44,262 nt of DNA from Chiloscyllium plagiosum (taxonomy: Eukaryota). The stretch is taken from the NCBI RefSeq assembly GCF_004010195.1, contig NC_057728.1, positions 44,358,358 to 44,402,619 of the forward strand, given 5' to 3'. How positions within the stretch are numbered: position 1 is the first letter of the stretch; every line of letters starts with the position of its first letter. Below are positions 1-12,558 of the stretch, piece after piece. Position numbers and translations under genes: made by a program. Below the pieces are notes generated by a model. It made no database searches and was not told where the DNA came from. It was given only the letters and a program-made list of their open reading frames with translations.

Positions 1-234
1 TCCCCACCCCCACCCTCCTCTAGCTTATCTCTCCACGCTTCAGTCTCTCTGCCTTTATTCCTGATGAAGGGCTTTTGCCCGAAAGGTCGATTTTGCCTGT
101 CCTCGGATGCTGCCTGAATTGCTGTGCTCTTCCAGCACCACTGATCCAGAATCTGGTTTCCAGCATCTGCAGTCATTGTTTTTACCTCGTTGATTTTAGC
201 CCTACTGCGAATCCTCTTGCAAGGATGCCTGCCA
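1..234 (+). mobile_element. Penelope-like element 3' terminal repeat (pseudo-LTR), family A; runs off the window start
   Basis: 61-150 matches the reverse complement of 21377-21465 almost exactly, and is similar to the tail after a GIY-YIG C-terminus at 1021-1147. Right boundary approximate. Confidence 0.75.
61..88 (+). ncRNA. Minimal hammerhead ribozyme core (family A), mutated helix III
   Basis: CTGATGA-A-GGGC-TTTT-GCCC-GAAA-GGTC; the intact copy at 21438-21465 has GAAACGTC. Confidence 0.65.
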
Positions 235-668
235 TCAATAGGCTTGTGTCAGGGCTCAAGCCCTTTTAAGGGATGAGATCTTATCTCAAAACTACTGCCT
301 CGTTGGAGTGCCGATAGCTCTTCAGTCTCAGTCGTGAGACCAGGGATGGAGTCACTGGTGGAGTGTACCCAACCACAAGAAACAGTCCTGGCAAGATGGT
401 ACCCAGGATTCAGGCCACTGGGGCCAGTTAGACAGACCATGGTGAGGTGAGCTGGGAGTGGTGGATAAGGGCAGGCACATTGTTGACTAGCTTAACCAAA
501 TAGTCTCCCCACATGACAGAGGATCCACCTGTCACTTGTAAAGTTAGGAAGTCACAGGAAGAGGCCCTTATTAGATGACTTAAATTATAAATGTGCTCCT
601 GGAGTACGGTTCTCTGTCTTACTTGTTGCTGGCAAAATGCCATGGCACTGGGAAGGTAACAGGCATTC

Positions 669-1147
669 TGCCAAGGACATGCAAGGTCCTGGGCCTCCTC
701 CATCACCACTCTCTAACCACGTAATGCCTGGAGGAAGAACACCTAATCTTCCACCTTGGGACTCTCCAACCACACAGCATCAATGTGGATTTCACCAGTT
801 TCCTCATTTCCCTCCTCCACCTTTTCCCAGTTCCAACCTTCCAACTCGGCACCACCCTCTTGACCTGTCCATCTTCCTTTCCACCAATCCACTCCACCCT
901 CCTCTCTGACCGATCAGCATTACCCCCACCTCCGTCTACCTATCACACTCTCAGCTACCTTCCCCCAAGCCCCACCCCACTCTCATTTATCTCTCCACTC
1001 CCTTGGCTCACAAGTACCATTCCTGATGAAGGGCTTTTGACCGAAACATTGATTCTGCTGCTTCTTGGATGCTGCATGACCTGCTGTGCTTTTCCAGCAG
1101 CACACTCTCAACTCTGATCTCCAGAATCTGCAGTCCTCACTTTCTCC
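669..1147 (+). mobile_element. 5'-truncated Penelope-like element (GIY-YIG C-terminus + terminal repeat) with 16-bp TSD
   Basis: Encodes LEEEHLIFHLGTLQPHSINVDFTSF, a typical PLE endonuclease end. Flanked by direct repeat AAGGTAACAGGCATTC at 653-668 and 1148-1163. Confidence 0.85.
1023..1050 (+). ncRNA. Degenerate minimal hammerhead core (family A)
   Basis: CTGATGA-A-GGGC-TTTT-GACC-GAAACATT. Confidence 0.55.
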
Positions 1148-1911
1148 AAGGTAACAGGCATTCCAACCCTGCCCTCCCTCCCAATATTGCATGCTCTTAC
1201 CTCACCATCTCCACATCTTGATCTGGTGGCCTCCAAAAAAAAATTCAGCACTAATAACTTGTTTAGGCAAAGTTAATAGCATAGTTCAAAACGTGGCTTG
1301 GCTCCAAGTTTTCATTAAGGAGCTATTTTGATTTGATGGTGATTACATTTTTTTCTGTTATAATCTGCCTGAAATATGTTCACTTCATAATTGAAAATTT
1401 TCCCGTTTGGGACATTCAGTGTAAAGTCTGACATAGGTTAAATACGATACAGATGCAAAAATTAATGTCCTTCCAATCTACTCTATAAAAGCTAAATTTT
1501 GAGCTAAAGTTGTATAAACTTTTGTCTTATACCACATTGAAAATAGCAGATTAAAAGGAGATCTTATGGAAGTGTGATGGGGGCTGATTTGTTGCCATCA
1601 TTTTATTAGTTGTCTCACAGCTGACAGGTATGTATTGAAATGTGTGGATTTTTTTGCCCATCGCTGAGTTAGTGCACTTGAAACCTATTGTTTCTGAATC
1701 ATCATGTGTTAAATAACTTTATAAAAGTATGCAAACTTCCCCAATTCACTTGTCTCTTAGCCCCAGCTTGAAAGAAAGCACTGTCCAGTTTTCTGTACTT
1801 AACACAATTCACTATAAATAGCCTCTAGCTATAGAAAAACAACGGCAAACCTTTACCCTGTAACTCAACTAGTTAAACTTCGAACCCAGGAAGACGGATG
1901 AAAAGCAGCCA

Positions 1912-2180
1912 AAGACCATGAGACATAGGAGCAGAAATTAGGCCATTCAGCCCATCCAGTCTGCTCCACTCTTCAATCATGATAAGTTTCTCAACCCCAT
2001 TCTCCCACTTTCTCCTCGTAACCCTTGATCCCCTTGATGCCCAAGAACCTACCTATCTCAGTCTTTAATATACTCAGTGACCTGGTCTCCACAACCTTCT
2101 GTGGCAGTGATTTCCATAGATTCACCACCCTCTGGCTGAAGAAGTTCCTGCTTATCTCCCTTTTAAAAGGTCTTCCCTTT
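1912..2180 (-). mobile_element. CR1 LINE 3' fragment
   Basis: Minus translation RNFFSQRVVNLWKSLPQKVVE...FLGIKGIKGY is the CR1 ORF2 C-terminus; followed by the 3' UTR and short repeat tail. Confidence 0.9.
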
Positions 2181-2683
2181 CCTCCAGACTTCTGACTTTT
2201 CTCCCCACTTAGAAAATAGTCCACACCTCTATTCTTCCTACAAGTGTGTATGACCCCACACTTTCCCTCTATGTACATAGGTTTTATGGGTGGAGAGAAA
2301 GACGAGGAAGGCAGTTCAGCACTCCCTGTCCACAGGAAATGCTGAGATGATCCTTTTGCTGATACAAACAGTTTCTCTCTTCCTTCTCCAGATACTTTCA
2401 CTTGTTTGTAGGAGACAATGGGTCACTGGAGATTTATACTTATTTGAAGTTAGTGGCCATTATATGTCAGGCTCACAGCAACTGATGAAGGGAAGTAAAC
2501 TGGCTATCACCAAGCTTGAGATGTTTTTCACTGGCGAGTGGAAGCACAGCTCTTTCTTTCCAGGGGTCAGATAATTTCTTCTGAATATTCATACCCTCAA
2601 TCAGTTCAGCTACTCGGGAGCCAATCTCAGTTGGTGGTTGGTTGAGGCCTTAGTCATTAATAAGTAGGCACTAGATCACAAAT

Positions 2684-2974
2684 CACAGTGGCACAGTGGT
2701 TAGCACTGCTGTCTCACAGCGCCAGAGGCCCGGGTTCAATTCCTACCTCGGGCAACTGTCTGTGTGGAGTTTGCACATTCTCCCCGGGTCTGCATGGGTT
2801 TCCTCCCACAGTCCAAAGATGTGCAGGTTAAGTGAATTGGCCATTGCAAATTGTCTGTAGTGTTAGGTGAAGGGGTAAATGTAGGAGAATGGGTCTGGGT
2901 GGGTTGCTCTTCGGAGGGTCGGTGTGGACTTGTTGAGCTGAAGGGCCTGTTTCCGCACTGTATGCAATCTAATC
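2684..2974 (+). mobile_element. HE1-type tRNA-derived SINE (V-SINE)
   Basis: A box TGGCACAGTGG, B box GGTTCAATTCC, central TGTGTGGAGTTTGCACATTCTCCCC, LINE-like tail GGGCCTGTTTCC, then AATCT repeats. Confidence 0.9.
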
Positions 2975-3089
2975 AGCTGTTTGTTTGCTTGTTGTCAACC
3001 GTATCTTCATTTGTGCACAGTCCCCTGGCCACTTGCAACCAAGCTTCCATTACTGCTTGAATATCATGTCACCATCAGCAATCACTCAT

Positions 3090-3880
3090 GAATGAGTGTG
3101 ATAGTCCATCTGGGAAAGTCCTTGTCTTCCGTTATGGGTTCTGTTACTCCTTGTGTGGAAGATCGGCCCAGTCGTAGAGCTGAGCCTTTGACTACACATT
3201 TGACAGATGATTCTGGAAGGTGCAATTGGTCCTTGGGCCTGAATTCAGTGGCATTCCTTTCTCCATTCCTTTCCCATACTTCCTCCTACCAACAGGTGTT
3301 CTCAAGGAATTTTGCCCCCTCAGACAGAAGCTTCCTCCAAGTCAGTTTCTTTTGAATGAGGGTCTCCCATGCGTTGACATCCATTAGATTAGATAGATTA
3401 CTTACAGTGTGGAAACAGGCCCTTCGGCCCAACAAGTCCACACCGTCCCGCCGAAGCGCAACCCACCCATACCCCTACATTTATCCCTTACCTAACACTA
3501 CGGGCAATTTAGCATGGCCAATTCACCTGACGTGCACATCTTTGGACTGTGGGAGGAAACCAGAGCACCCGGAGGAAACCCACGCAGACACGGGGAGAAC
3601 GTGCAAACTCCACACAGTCAGTCGCCTGAGGTGGGAATTGAACCCGGGTCTCTGGCGCTGTGAGGCAGCAGTGCTAACCACTGTGCCACCATGCCGCCCA
3701 CTTTGTTGCATTTCTTCTTAGGCGAAACCTTCAGGGAGTCTGTGAAGCTCTTCCTTTGTTCTTCTTTGTTCTTCAGTGCCTTGCTTGAGCTGGTTGAGGG
3801 TGATTTGCTTTGGAAGTCAGAACTCAGGCACCCTAAGCATGTGGAATGAGCAGCTGTGTAAACAGCATTTACAATGAGTG
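3090..3880 (-). mobile_element. Decayed RTE-clade LINE 3' region, split by a SINE at 3384-3699
   Basis: Minus-strand pieces RLPKQITLNQLKQG, QRKSFTDSLK, NAWETL and WRKLLSEG follow the order of the RTE ORF C-terminus. Confidence 0.6.
3384..3699 (-). mobile_element. HE1-type SINE, full length
   Basis: Reverse complement starts GGGCGGCATGGTGGCACAGTGG, has B box GGTTCAATTCC and ends in AATCT-like repeats. Confidence 0.93.
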
Positions 3881-4149
3881 TCAGGTTACCTACTCTCAAA
3901 AGGTGCAGCAACCACTACCTTTTAAAACAGTTCTTTTCCGATTCCAGCCCACAATCAAAAGTTAAAAAAGTGACTGTCTTTACAATTTCTTCAAGGTGAA
4001 ATGCAGATCTGGAAACTGGTAGTGTTGCCACAGGATGCCAAAGTCAACACACTTTGCAATCTCATTCCTCAGTATGAAATGAATAAACAAGCAGAAAAGA
4101 AATTGAGAGAGCAGAGAGCCTTGCTATACTGCAGTGAGTAGAAGCAGCA

Positions 4150-4750
4150 ACTGGCATTGTAGATGTTAGTACACCAGATTGGGATAATCTAGTGTCTTGT
4201 GATGTGCCACATTGATTGCCATCAACCACTTCCCTTACCTGAGGAACAACATCTCCAGTGAAGCCAATGTATACATCCATGTGTAAAATTGCCACAGCAG
4301 TATCAAATTTCAAGCTAGGGTCTGGGTGTCCAACACTACCAACATGCCAGGAAGTCTTAACTTTAATGTCCATCATAATACTAAAATGCTATGCCATAGA
4401 AGCAGAGTACAAAGTCGTCACATAACTTTAATGCCTTCAACCAACTTTAGAAATGCAAGATCCTGGTCATCACTTGGAGAGACAACTATGAAGGAGAAAA
4501 CCAATCAATAATTATTACACAGAATTGGTCAGAAGCATCCAAAGGACATCCAGACTTGCAGCCTGCCAGCGTGTCAGCAGAATGTGCACCACCAGATTGG
4601 AAATAGGACCAACAAAAGAAAACATGGAGAAGTACATTTAAGGAGACCTTTCAAGAGCACAACACAAGGTGGGCTAGAATGAAAGACATTATGATGGATT
4701 GGGACCAGTGGTGGTCTTGATTCCCATGGTCCTGTACCAGACCGGAGGAA
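4150..4750 (+). mobile_element. Decayed RTE-clade LINE RT C-terminal region
   Basis: Fragments NHFPYLRNNIS (cf. FxYLGSxIS), KILVITWRD..KTN and VSRM..RL in RTE order. Confidence 0.55.
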
Positions 4751-4756
4751 GTGGAC

Positions 4757-5370
4757 CCAAAGTATCAAGATATTTAAGATGGTAAATGGAACTGATAAGA
4801 TAGACACAAAGCAACTTAAATTGAGACATTCAGGAAGGAAATTAGGAAGAAGTTTTCAACAAATTGCCATAGAAATCTGGAACGCTGTACACCAACCTGT
4901 GCTAAGGTAACTGGACCTTTAAAATTGAGGCAAATAAATTTATGTTAAATAGGGATATTAAACAGAATAAGGAACTTTGCAGATCAAAAGGGGGCAGCAC
5001 GGTGGCTCAGTGGTTACCATTGCTGCCTCACAGCACCAGGGACTCAGGTTTGATTCCAGTTTGGGTGGCTGTCTGTATGGAGTTTGCACATTCTCCCCAT
5101 GTCTGTGTGGGTTTCCTCCAAGTGCTCTGGTTTCCTCCCACAATCCAAAGATGAGCAGGTCAGGTGAATTGGCCATGCTAAATTGCCCATAGTGTTAGGT
5201 GCATTAGTCAGAGGGAGATGGGTCTGGATGGGTGGCTCTTCGGAGGGCTTGTGGACTTGTTGGATTGAAGGGCTTGGTTCCACACTGTAGGGAATCTAAT
5301 CTAATCAGCCATGAATTAACTGAATGACAGAATTGACCTGAGGGCCTCAATGACCCATTTTTGTGCTTTA
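4757..5370 (+). mobile_element. Old CR1 3' fragment, split by a SINE at 4991-5306
   Basis: FRKEIRKKFS..IWN-like ORF end; the CR1 tail AGATCA|GCCATGA is interrupted by the SINE. Confidence 0.65.
4991..5306 (+). mobile_element. HE1-type SINE
   Basis: GGGGCAGCACGGTGGCTCAGTGG head, V-domain-like core, AATCT tail. Confidence 0.92.
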
Positions 5371-5409
5371 CTATCTCATGTTCTGTGCAACTGCAAGGGG
5401 TTACTGCCT

Positions 5410-5705
5410 TGGATATGTCTTTCAGTTGAGATGTTAAACATCATTTTCTTCTGCTTGTAAAAAGATGCAAAACACAATTCAAAAAAGACAAAGAGATTTG
5501 TATTGGTGTCTGACCAATAGGCAGTCAATCTCCGCATGAAAATAAATCATCAACAGGAGAAAGATCATTTGCCTCATTACCATTTATGGAACATTACTGT
5601 GCAAAAATGGCTCTGTTTTTGACATAACAGTAACTATACTTCAAATTAATTAATTGGCACGAAATGTTTTTGAAGTCCTGAGGATGTGAAAGCACAAATT
5701 AAATT
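5410..5705 (+). mobile_element. Ancient Deu-domain SINE relic (SacSINE1/AmnSINE1-like)
   Basis: GAGATGTTAAAC...GTAAAAAGAT...CTGTGCAAAAATGGCT...AACAGTAACTATACTTCAAA...GTCCTGAGGATGTGAAAG resembles the Deu core and tail as I recall it; homologous to 35140-35390 and 36480-36622. Confidence 0.55.
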
Positions 5706-6331
5706 TCTTCTCTCATTTTCTCTGATCTGTACAACTTATTGCTTTCTACGGTTCTGTTGCATGCAGAAGGTGTTGCTGCGTAGGTTAGTTTATATGCAGT
5801 TGCTGAGGAATATGCAGGGCTCCCAATTCACTTAATGGTAATTATTTTGCAATAGAGTGCTTATTCATTACTACTGGGTGTTATCACAAAATCACAATAA
5901 TTGCAATGGGACTGTTTTCCTCTATCATTGAATTTATTACCCTTCATTCCTGACTCTTGTATAAAGGATGTAATTGATTTCCTCCATCATAGCCATTTAA
6001 CATAATGCCTTACTACCACAAATTTTAGCACCAAATTACATGCTGCAATCTTGATGAAAGCGTATTGTAGTGCATCAAGCTACTGATTAGATTGTGATGA
6101 GTCTTACATAACAAAACAAGATTCAGATTGCAACTAGCATTATATAACCATTCCCTCTCCTATTAAAAACTAAATATAACTTTTTGCAGCTGTAGAATCT
6201 AAATCAATATTTTATACATTAAAAGGCAAATGACAACTGGGATCATAACCAAAGAGTATGCGCAACCCTATGCTGCTGAAGGAGATATTAGAAATTAAGA
6301 AACAATATGGGTGATACATTCCAGAACAGAG

Positions 6332-6447
6332 TCAGAAGTCACACAACACCAGGATATCATCCAACAGGTTTATTTAAAATTTCTTGCAGCACTGTACTTT
6401 CTTCAGGTTACTTTGTTCACTCCAGTCCAACAACAGCATCTCCACAT
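6332..6447. mobile_element. Short Penelope-tail insertion (family B), internally inverted, with 15-bp TSD
   Basis: Left part matches 23190-23235 and right part matches the reverse complement of 23146-23187. TSD CATTC(C/T)AGAACAGAG at 6317-6331 and 6448-6462. Confidence 0.7.
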
Positions 6448-6619
6448 CATTCTAGAACAGAGCACGACTTGGAACATACATAGTGGAAAATGAAAGTGTG
6501 ATACAGAAATGATTGAGGGAAAGAGATCTAACAGAGACACTTTTCATAAAAATATAAACACTACATATGATCAGGGGCTCATTTTTTAAAAATGAGAATA
6601 GTTTAGTTTGGAAAACTTG

Positions 6620-6681
6620 ATCAGCATAGATGAGTTGGACCAAAGGGTCTGTTTCCGTGTTGTCTGACTTTATGACTCTAT
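6620..6681 (+). mobile_element. CR1/HER1 3' tail fragment
   Basis: GAGTTGGACCAAAGGGTCTGTTTCCGTGTTG + ATGACTCT repeat, as at 20585-20642. Confidence 0.7.
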
Positions 6682-6829
6682 CCTTTCACTGCTGTTACTG
6701 TTATCTTAGTTTACCGTCACTTAAGATTCCTAAGTTCATAACTAAAACAGGATATTTTCTCCACTTCCAAATCCAATTCAGCAAGAGAACTGTACTGAAA
6801 GTACTGATTTTAAAATAGCCAAATACCTC

Positions 6830-7060
6830 ACTTTGTAGGACTTCCCCCAGGGCCTATTTTTGGTACCATGCCTCCAGGTATCATGGCTCTTAAACACCTA
6901 TTAAAAATCTACACTACCCCACCCCCCACAACTCTCCTGATCACATTTTAATTACATCCCCCAAGTCATTTCCTCTCTTCTCTTCAATTACCTCTGTTCC
7001 TATCATCTACATTCTCTTGGGATATTTGCTTTGTTAAAACTACCACAAGTGTAAGTTGTT
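6830..7060 (+). mobile_element. Probable L2-type 3' tail relic
   Basis: Degenerate similarity to 34570-34800; ends CTTGGGATATTT...AAGTTGTT. Confidence 0.35.
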
Positions 7061-7652
7061 ACTAACAGACCAAGGTCTCTTTACCCTATTGGTATTTGTC
7101 AGGAATTATGCTGTCTAATTCAGTTTTTGATATTTAATATTGCAGCAAAACTCAAAAACTGTTCTTTAACACTCTGGATCTGTACCCCTCCTTCAATAAA
7201 CCATGGACAAAATTGTTCAAATACAATGACAAATTAGAAGCTGTTCAAATGGTTGTATTCTATTCCCACCATAGCTAAGACCATGAATGAACAGATTTAT
7301 CTCAAGTGAAAGTAGGTTTTGTTTTATAATTACAAAGGGGCTAAACATTTTTCAGATTTCATATGTAAACTTGGATTTGCAGCATAATGAATGCAATTAT
7401 TAAGCTAATGGAAGTTTCAGACCTGAAAATGGATTAAATTGGTTTTTAACATCAATGTATAAATGAATTGTAACATCACAGAAAATTTCTGGGAATTTGA
7501 AACAATTTGTCAAAGCACTGGAAAGAGTAACAGAAACGTAAGGAAAGCAAAAGATTATTAAATGAATTTCTCTTTGAGAATTAAAGTTGCTTATCTTTAG
7601 AGCTTTCCTTCTAGTCAAAAAATATAATTCTGTATCCGCTAGGCAAATCTGG

Positions 7653-7745
7653 AGGCAGAGTCACCAGATACGAAACATTAACTTTGATTTTTCTTCACAG
7701 ATGCTGCCAGACCTGGTGACTTATCCAACAACCTCTGTTTTTGAA
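7653..7745 (+). mobile_element. 93-bp Penelope-tail insertion (family D) with 10-bp TSD and decayed HHR
   Basis: TSD GCAAATCTGG at 7643-7652 and 7746-7755. Contains ...CGAAACATT and GATGCTGCCAGACCTG, related to the family A tail GATGCTGCCTGA. Confidence 0.65.
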
Positions 7746-8057
7746 GCAAATCTGGGTGTGGGTTACACTTCAGTACAATGAAAGAACAGGAGTTATAGCT
7801 TTCAAAGCTAGTAAGACCAAGGTAATATGAGGACTCTCTATGTTCAGGAGTGAGCACGTTTTAACTTGCGCACAGTACTACTGCCTGTTTGGTAAATATT
7901 TAGGTATTGCATTTTCAAAGAGTTCTCTTGATTGCTGTATTGTCAGTGGAAGGAATGGAGAACGTGGCAAATGCTACTTACACAAGGCTTTTGCAGATCC
8001 TCTGACAAACCCATGGTGGATGTTTGTGAAAAACATTGCAGAATTTTAACCCTTTGT

Positions 8058-10494
8058 ATTTCAAGAACATAACTGTCACAAGTTACACTATTCTATTGAT
8101 CATAAAATGCCATTTATATGAACGTTTGAAACAATAATACGTTTTTTTTATCAATGTATAGCCGTTTACTCAAATAAAGTTAACTAGGATTCTGCAATAC
8201 AAACATTTGACTCCTCGTGCTGCTGTTGAGTCCAATTCATGGACTATTACATCATATCCTATACAGGTGGTAATGATTAATAACAATTTAGGATGTGCCC
8301 TGTTAAAGATATATGTACATCATATCTTGATCTTTCTTCCATCTGAACCATTACCGTAAACAAAAACGACTCACATCAAAAAAAGACATTAAATAAACGG
8401 TAGATACAAAAGTGTATGAATCCCTAAGATATATTGGCATTTTGCTTAGCGGTTCAGTCTTTGCAATGATGATCTTTGCTGGAGGTTGCTCTGTAGTTTA
8501 AAAATGTTTAATATTGATAGAGGTATTTAGACTGTGTTACATTTTAGACTATGTTTGATTCATAATTGAATTTTTTAAATGATTGTGGCTGTGGTATTGG
8601 TCTGAATTGGCATCTGTTTCAGTGCACTGATGTAGAATTTTCTGTTTGTACTCACTGCAGCTTTGGTTCCAATCATAAAATGACAATCTGCTTGATTCCA
8701 TGTGCTATCAGTTGGATCTTGTATTTAATATTTCTCAAACTTTCAGCCTGGTATCACTTGGCCATCTTTCCAGGGTTTTTGAATAATGCATCTTGATCTC
8801 CTGAGATTATTATCAAGCAATGACTGGGGAAGCGGGGTAGTTGTCTGTAATTCTCATCTAAATAGTAATTCCACAAATTCGGGAACAATTGCACTCTAGG
8901 ATGCAGCATGGCCACATGCAGATAGTATATTTTTTGATAGCACTTTGTAATTCAAGATGTTACTGTTCAAACCACATGTTCTGCCATTCCACCAAACTTG
9001 GGGTAATGAAGAAGTAGTATTGTTGGATCCCTATTTCTCACACAGTGTCTTAAAGGGTTGTCTACTGTAAAAGGTTCCATTGTTACAGATTAAGCTTCAG
9101 TAGTGCAAGAACTGATATTAAACCTAACATTCTTGCAGTTGTGGTGTTTGATGTATTGTATAATTGACAGATAATGGAAATATGAAAAATAATCTGTTAT
9201 AACCAGTAAGTCCTCTCCAATAAAGAGATCAGTTTTGCGTGTAATCCTTGGATCTATGGGTACTTCTGGAATCACACAATTTCAATTTCAAGAACGTAAC
9301 TGTCAGAAGTTACATTCTTCTATTGAGCTAAAAATGCCAATTATATGAACTTTTGAAACAATAATAAGTTTTTTTATCAATGAATAGCCTTTTACTCAAA
9401 TGAAGTTAACTCGGATTCTGCAATAAAAACATCTGACTCCTTGTGCTGCTGTTGAGTCCAATTCATGGGACTATTACATCATATCCTATACAGGTGGTAA
9501 TGATTAATAACAATTTAGGATGTGCCCTGTTAAAGATATATGTACATCATACCTTGATCTTTCTTCCATCTGAACCATTACCGTAAACAAAAACTACTCA
9601 CATCAAAAAAAGACATTAAATAAACGGTAGATACAAAAGTGTATGAATCCCTAAGATATATTGGCATTTTGCTTAGTGGTCCAGGTTTTGCAATGATAAT
9701 CTTTGCTAGAGGTTGCTCTGTAATTGCAAAATGTTAATATTGATAGAGGTATTTAGACTGTTATATTTTGGACAAGGTTCGATTCATAATTTAATTTCTT
9801 AATGGTTGTGGCTGTGGTATTGGCCTGAATTGACATCTGTTTCAGTGCACTGTTGTAGAATTTTCTGTTTGTACTCACTGCAGCTTTGGTTCCAATCATA
9901 AATTGACAATCTGCTGGATTCCATGTGCTATCAGTTGGATCTTGTACTTAATATTTCTCAAACTTTCAGCCTGATATCACTTGGCCATCTTTTAAGGATT
10001 TTTGAATAATGCATCTTGATCTCCTGAGATTATTATCAAGCAATGACTGGGGAAGCGGGGTAGCTGTCTGTAATTCTCATCTAAATAGTAATTCCACAAA
10101 TTCGGGAACAATTGCACTCTAGGATGCAGCATGGCCACATGCAGATAGTATATTTTTTGATAGCACTTTGTAATTCAAGATGTTACTGTTCAAACCACAT
10201 GTTCTGCCATTCCACCAAACTTGGGGCAATGAAGAAGTAGTATTGTTGGATCCCTATTTCTCACACAGTGTCGTAAAGGGTTGTCTACTGTAAAAGGTTC
10301 CATTGTTACAGATTAAGCTTCAGTAGTGCAAGAACTGATATTAAACCTAACATTCTTGTAGTTGTGGTGTTTGATGTATTGTATAATTGACAGATAATGG
10401 AAATTATGAAAAATAATGTTATAACCAGTAAGTCCTCTCCAATAAAGAGATCAGTTTTGAGTGTAATCCTTGGATGTATGGGTACTTCTGGAAT
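8058..10494. repeat. Tandem duplication, period 1227 bp (8058-9272 and 9285-10494)
   Basis: Both copies begin ATTTCAAGAAC and end GGTACTTCTGGAAT, with a 12-bp filler CACACAATTTCA between them. Confidence 0.95.
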
Positions 10495-12236
10495 TAGTAA
10501 TCAAATTTATAATTGCCATGCCTGAATATTGACATAGCTTGTACTCACTCAGCTTTTTCAATGTCTTGGTGCATTCCTGGCAAATATATTATCTCTTTGG
10601 CCAGCCTCTTGGTTCAATCAATTAGCACATATGCCTGTTGCAACTGTTGGAAGATACCAAAGCTCAGATCCTGGGATGATATCTCGCTTTCCCTTAAAAA
10701 TTACACCAAGATATTCTGAGTCCATCTCATATTGGATCTACATAACTTCTGAAAAATCAGAAAGACTCTGGCCATCTGCTGTTCACTGTCTGGTGCTGAC
10801 AGGATCATTGCATGCTTCCTGCTGCAGTGCTCAGGATTTATATTTCCCAGAATCCATAAGGTCAACCTGCAGAAACTTGCTTGTTTCACCACCCAACAGA
10901 TCTACATGCAGGCGCAGTGAATGTCTGCAGTTTACGATAGGTACAGCAGTTGTCTTGAGATATTGAAGCTGACACCAAAATTTGCTTGGCTTTTAGTGTA
11001 TATCACAATTGTAGTCTTCAATTCTGATCAGTTGGCAGTGTAATCTTGGGTGGTGTAGAAGTTAGGGGTTTTGTCAGACCATTTCAAATGGCTGTTGAGT
11101 AGTTCCTATGCAAAACCTATTTCTAAGTGTGGAACTGCTGGATGACAAAGACTAGCCTCAGAACTCACATTCTACATTTGAATAATTGGTTTGGACAATA
11201 AACAAACATTTAGAAGTAAAAGTAATAGGCTTCCTGTTGTGCATAAGGAGGACTCCAAGTCTTATTTATGGAGTGCATCAATGTCAAGCATAATCAGACC
11301 TTGAATCAGGTTATAAACCTGAAGATTGACAGTTCTTCAATTTATGACTTTTAAAAGTCATTAAAATTGTTGCTGACCTTTTTTATCAAAATAAAGTTTT
11401 GAAGAAATGGAATTTCCTGGGCAAAATTAGATATTTTGGTGAAAGGAAATGAAACAGACCAAAGAATATTTTGGACCATTTTTGGAAAGTAGACTTTGCA
11501 CTGACATCTTAGCTTGCTACGGTCAAGTGGGATATGTGGATCTAGAAAAATTAATCTGTATAGTATTGATATTAAATTTCTGATTATTAAACACAAGGCT
11601 TTCTATCATAGTGTGCAAATTTCAATTTTGCAGCTGTCTGTTGTACTAACGGCAATGCCATCTGCTATACAATTGTATTCTGGGATCTAGCAGATATTTC
11701 AGTCCATATATTGTTGAAAAATATCCCAGCTTGTGGAAAGCCCACAGAAGCAGTATGCCTTAAAGAAAGTATAAAACGTTGTTAGCTCCTGAGAGGTCTT
11801 CTCCAGATGCATTTATGATCAGTTGTTTTTAGCACTATTCAGAGAAGAATTCAGCAACTTGAGGTTCAGCTTCTCAAGTGTGGGAATTTTGAGGACATTG
11901 TTTTATATCCACATTCAGATACCTTGTCTCAACAAAAACTTGGAGAACTATTTCTCTTAATGAGACTTGTGACAGAGCTATACCAATTTGTGCATTGCTG
12001 TACTCTTTAAAACAAAAACACCATCTCTCCTTGTCCAGTTAGGCTTTCATCTTATTTCTGATGTGATTTCTACACTTGTATATAAATCAATGGATGCTGT
12101 AGTGAACTCCTCCTACCCAGCTTGAGATAATTGAACCTAACTGATCTTCATGCCAAGTAAATTCCAATTACTTCAATTAGAAACCTACTTCACACTCATA
12201 CAATATAAACAGGCATTTTCACTTTGCCACAGTTTT
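8058..12236 (-). mobile_element. Decayed Ty3/Gypsy LTR-retrotransposon pol (RT-RNase H-integrase order)
   Basis: Minus-strand motifs: SQELTTF and DIFQQYMD..CIADGIAV (RT, ~11650-11800); DIDA..LMHNRKPITFTSK..NYSNVE (RNase H, ~11150-11290); TKRLAKEIIYLPGMHQDIE (integrase zinc finger, ~10550-10610); DLF..LLVITDYFSYF (integrase core). Many stops and frameshifts. Confidence 0.85.
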
Positions 12237-12558
12237 ATCTACATTTTTAAAAATATATTTTTATTGAAAAATAGATTTTTAAAATATTGAAACAAACTCA
12301 AAACAATACAATTCAAAACAATACAAAGAAAGTACACAAAAAAGTTAAAAATCCAACCCACCCTCATGTACAAGTGCATAAGTATATATATATATAAAAA
12401 TATATATTTAAAAAAACCCAACTAACTATTTAACTAAATAAATAGCAATCAACAGCAAACTAATAAATGTTAATAACTCAACTCAGCCAAATAAGACACT
12501 CATCCGCTCGCAGGTCCTCTTCCCTGGATCTTGGAATCGTAAAGCACAATCGTTACGG

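Noticed and set aside
2684..2750. tRNA-like A/B box sequences here and at other SINE heads
   Set aside because: They continue into SINE bodies and tails, so they are not tRNA genes.
8058..10494. The two 1.2-kb repeats as a pair of LTRs
   Set aside because: They contain integrase coding sequence, abut each other and lack TG..CA ends.
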